A program made the position numbers and the translations under genes. A stretch of 64,000 bases of DNA from an uncultured Gammaproteobacteria bacterium (GTDB lineage Bacteria > Pseudomonadota > Gammaproteobacteria > DRLM01). Where the stretch lies: contig CAVSNY010000007.1 of NCBI GenBank assembly GCA_963729605.1, forward strand, positions 544,001-608,000, written 5' to 3'. Below the pieces are notes generated by a model. That model was not told where the DNA came from. It saw only the letters and a program-made list of their open reading frames with translations, and made no database searches. Positions 61,409-64,000 of this stretch are shown piece after piece (position 1 is the first letter of the stretch; each line of letters begins with the position of its first letter).

Positions 61409-61720
61409 CTTCCCAGCTTCAGGCTTGTTTTTGTGAGCACAGCGCGTCGGCATTCCCCGCCACGGATCATAACATTCGAGCGATGGAAAACCAGCCGAAC
61501 ACCCTGACTAAGCTCGTGTGTGGACGAAGCCGGCCCGCCCGCTGGCGAGACCGTCTTCGTCCTGGGCATTGACCTGCGTGTAATGATGAAACACGGCGAG
61601 CAAGGTTTCATCGACATGTCGCGCGTGGTGTTTATCCGGGGATGTGATGACGGGTGAATGAATCGGAGTCCGTTCCGCGTGGGCACGGAAGACGTGCCCA
61701 TCCTATTGTGTTCATCGCCC

Positions 61721-62296
61721 TCAGAAGCGATAGCCCACTCCCAGCTCCCAGGCGTAGACATTCGCGCCGGCGAAACGGTAGGTGTTCCATCCCAGCCGCA
61801 CCGGCAGATAGGGGGTGGCCGCCAGTTCCAGACCGATGCCCAGGTTGCCGCTCACGCCGTTATCGGAAAATTTTCGCGATGCCGTGGCGCTGGCCAGGGT
61901 GTAATCGGCCTTCCATGCCAATACGCCAAGTTTGAATATCCCATCGATCCTTTCGTGCATCGCTTTGCGCATGACCACGTTGAAGGTCCAACCCGAGGCG
62001 GTGACGGGGTGCACCGCCGAGGCGGTGGCGAGATAGCTGTCGACGTCGGAGGTCGCGCCGCTGATGGTGGTGGTCACCTCGCCCAGATCGACATAGCCGA
62101 ATTCAAAAGCGGCATGTTTATGTACCTGATAACCGATATAGGGCGACCAGCCGTCGCGCGACAAATCGGTTTGCGTTACGTCGGCGGCCAAACTCAAGGC
62201 GCTGAACTCGGCCTCGAAATCAGCGCTCCGCTCATCACTCTTGACCGCGAGATAACTCACTCCGACATAAGCGGGTTTGAGCGAAGTGAGCGGCAT
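61721..62296 (-). CDS. Outer-membrane beta-barrel (OmpA-type membrane domain), probably 5'-truncated
   Basis: IGYQ...AFEFGYVDLG, C-terminal LGVGYRF; no signal peptide. Confidence 0.6.
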   Translation of the reverse strand: MPLTSLKPAYVGVSYLAVKSDERSADFEAEFSALSLAADVTQTDLSRDGWSPYIGYQVHKHAAFEFGYVDLGEVTTTISGATSDVDSYLATASAVHPVTASGWTFNVVMRKAMHERIDGIFKLGVLAWKADYTLASATASRKFSDNGVSGNLGIGLELAATPYLPVRLGWNTYRFAGANVYAWELGVGYRF

Positions 62297-62539
62297 GGGT
62301 GGCTGGACCAGTCTGACGGGCGAAAAAATATTTCCTCGTCATGAAGATATGTCGCATAATCGCGAGCAGGTAAAATATCGTATAAATTTAAATTCGGGCG
62401 GCGTACCGGCCATGGGGATGGCCGTTCTACATTCCGCCCGGTAAAGTCCGCCAGTCCGAGAAGCGCCGCGACGTTGAAACAGGGCGCGTCCGCCGCCGGT
62501 GCGGGGCGGGAAGCGCGTGACGTCGGCCGCGGTGCGTAA

Positions 62540-63205
<666 letters not shown>

Positions 63206-63286
63206 CCGGCCCGCCATTCCCAAGGGCGCGGCAAGCGGGGTATACTCCCCGGTCACTGTTATTGCTTCACGCTCAAGGGGAAATTC

Positions 63287-63613
63287 ATGGCGCGAGTCAC
63301 TGTAGAAGATTGTCTGGACAACGTCGACAACCGTTTCCAATTGGTGCTGATCGCCACCCGGCGGGCGCGCCAGTTGGCCAAAGGCACGGCGCAGCCCGGC
63401 CTGCCTTGGGAAAACGACAAGCCCACCGTGATGGCGCTCCGCGAAATCGCCGAGGGTTTGGTGGACGTGTCGATCCTCGATCAAGTGCCCGCCGACGAAT
63501 TCGTTCACTCCGCCGAGATGACCGAGGCCCAGCGCGCCGAGCTGGAGGCCGAAGTGGGTGAAAAGGCCGCCGTGCAAGTCGCCCCCGGTCGGGAGGACGC
63601 GGGTGAGGAGTGA
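63287..63613 (+). CDS. rpoZ: RNA polymerase omega subunit
   Basis: MARVTVEDC...[25 protein letters not shown]. Confidence 0.96.
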   Translation: MARVTVEDCLDNVDNRFQLVLIATRRARQLAKGTAQPGLPWENDKPTVMALREIAEGLVDVSILDQVPADEFVHSAEMTEAQRAELEAEVGEKAAVQVAPGREDAGEE

Positions 63614-63637
63614 TACTCCTCCCGTTGCCCGGCAGCC

Positions 63638-64000
63638 TTGAATAATCCAGCGCCCAGTCACACTCTCGCCGATACCCCTCAAGATTCCACCCGCGCGGTG
63701 ATCGGTGATCTCTGCACGCTGCTCACTTCCTATCTTGAACCCTCGCAGGTGGAGGGCGTGCGGCGCGCCTGCGATTTCGCCGCCGCCGCCCACGCCGGCC
63801 AGCAGCGCGCCTCCGGTGAACCCTATGTGCAACACCCCATCGCGGTGGCGCGCATCCTCGCCGAGATGCGCATGGATCACGAGAGCATCATGGCCGCCAT
63901 CCTCCATGACGTGATCGAAGACACCCCCACCGCCAAGGAGCAGATCGCCACCCAGTTCGGCGCCGAGGTCGCGGAGCTGGTGGACGGGGTGAGCAAGCTC
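63638..64000 (+). CDS. spoT: (p)ppGpp synthetase/hydrolase, 3' truncated by window
   Basis: AHAGQQRASGEPYVQHP, AAILHDVIEDT read by hand; follows rpoZ. Confidence 0.92.
   Translation, partial: MNNPAPSHTLADTPQDSTRAVIGDLCTLLTSYLEPSQVEGVRRACDFAAAAHAGQQRASGEPYVQHPIAVARILAEMRMDHESIMAAILHDVIEDTPTAKEQIATQFGAEVAELVDGVSKL

Overview
GC-rich gammaproteobacterial chromosome segment. Bases 1-33.9 kb are mostly core genes: metA, sseA-like, msrB, yrfG-nudE-cysQ, a TonB receptor-YfiR-HK-RR-GGDEF/EAL operon, tRNA-Phe, yggX-mutY-asmA, tRNA-Gly, thiS-thiG-trmB, serB and hemW. Two accessory islands interrupt the conserved hemW-rdgB-rph-yicC-gmk-rpoZ-spoT region. Island 1 (about 34-45.8 kb, between hemW and rdgB) is an integron-like cassette array with no integrase in the window. 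It has three copies of a module made of the rdgB 3' end, a ~220-bp attI/promoter-like block and attC-bounded cassettes, punctuated by GTAG-type REPINs, an IS1182 remnant and foreign genes. Island 2 (48.3-62.5 kb, between yicC and gmk) is a defence-type mosaic built on a decayed type I R-M locus. It holds a complete-looking HEPN + wHTH + ncRNA + RT retron (type IX-like), an AbiEi/AbiEii pair with a frameshifted toxin, and three hsdM 5' fragments. It also holds an uncharacterised pair: a 695-aa protein with two beta-hairpin-like segments next to a small caspase-fold (AHG/SAC) protease, a candidate protease-activated pore system. Family assignments come from motif recognition only; no database searches were run.
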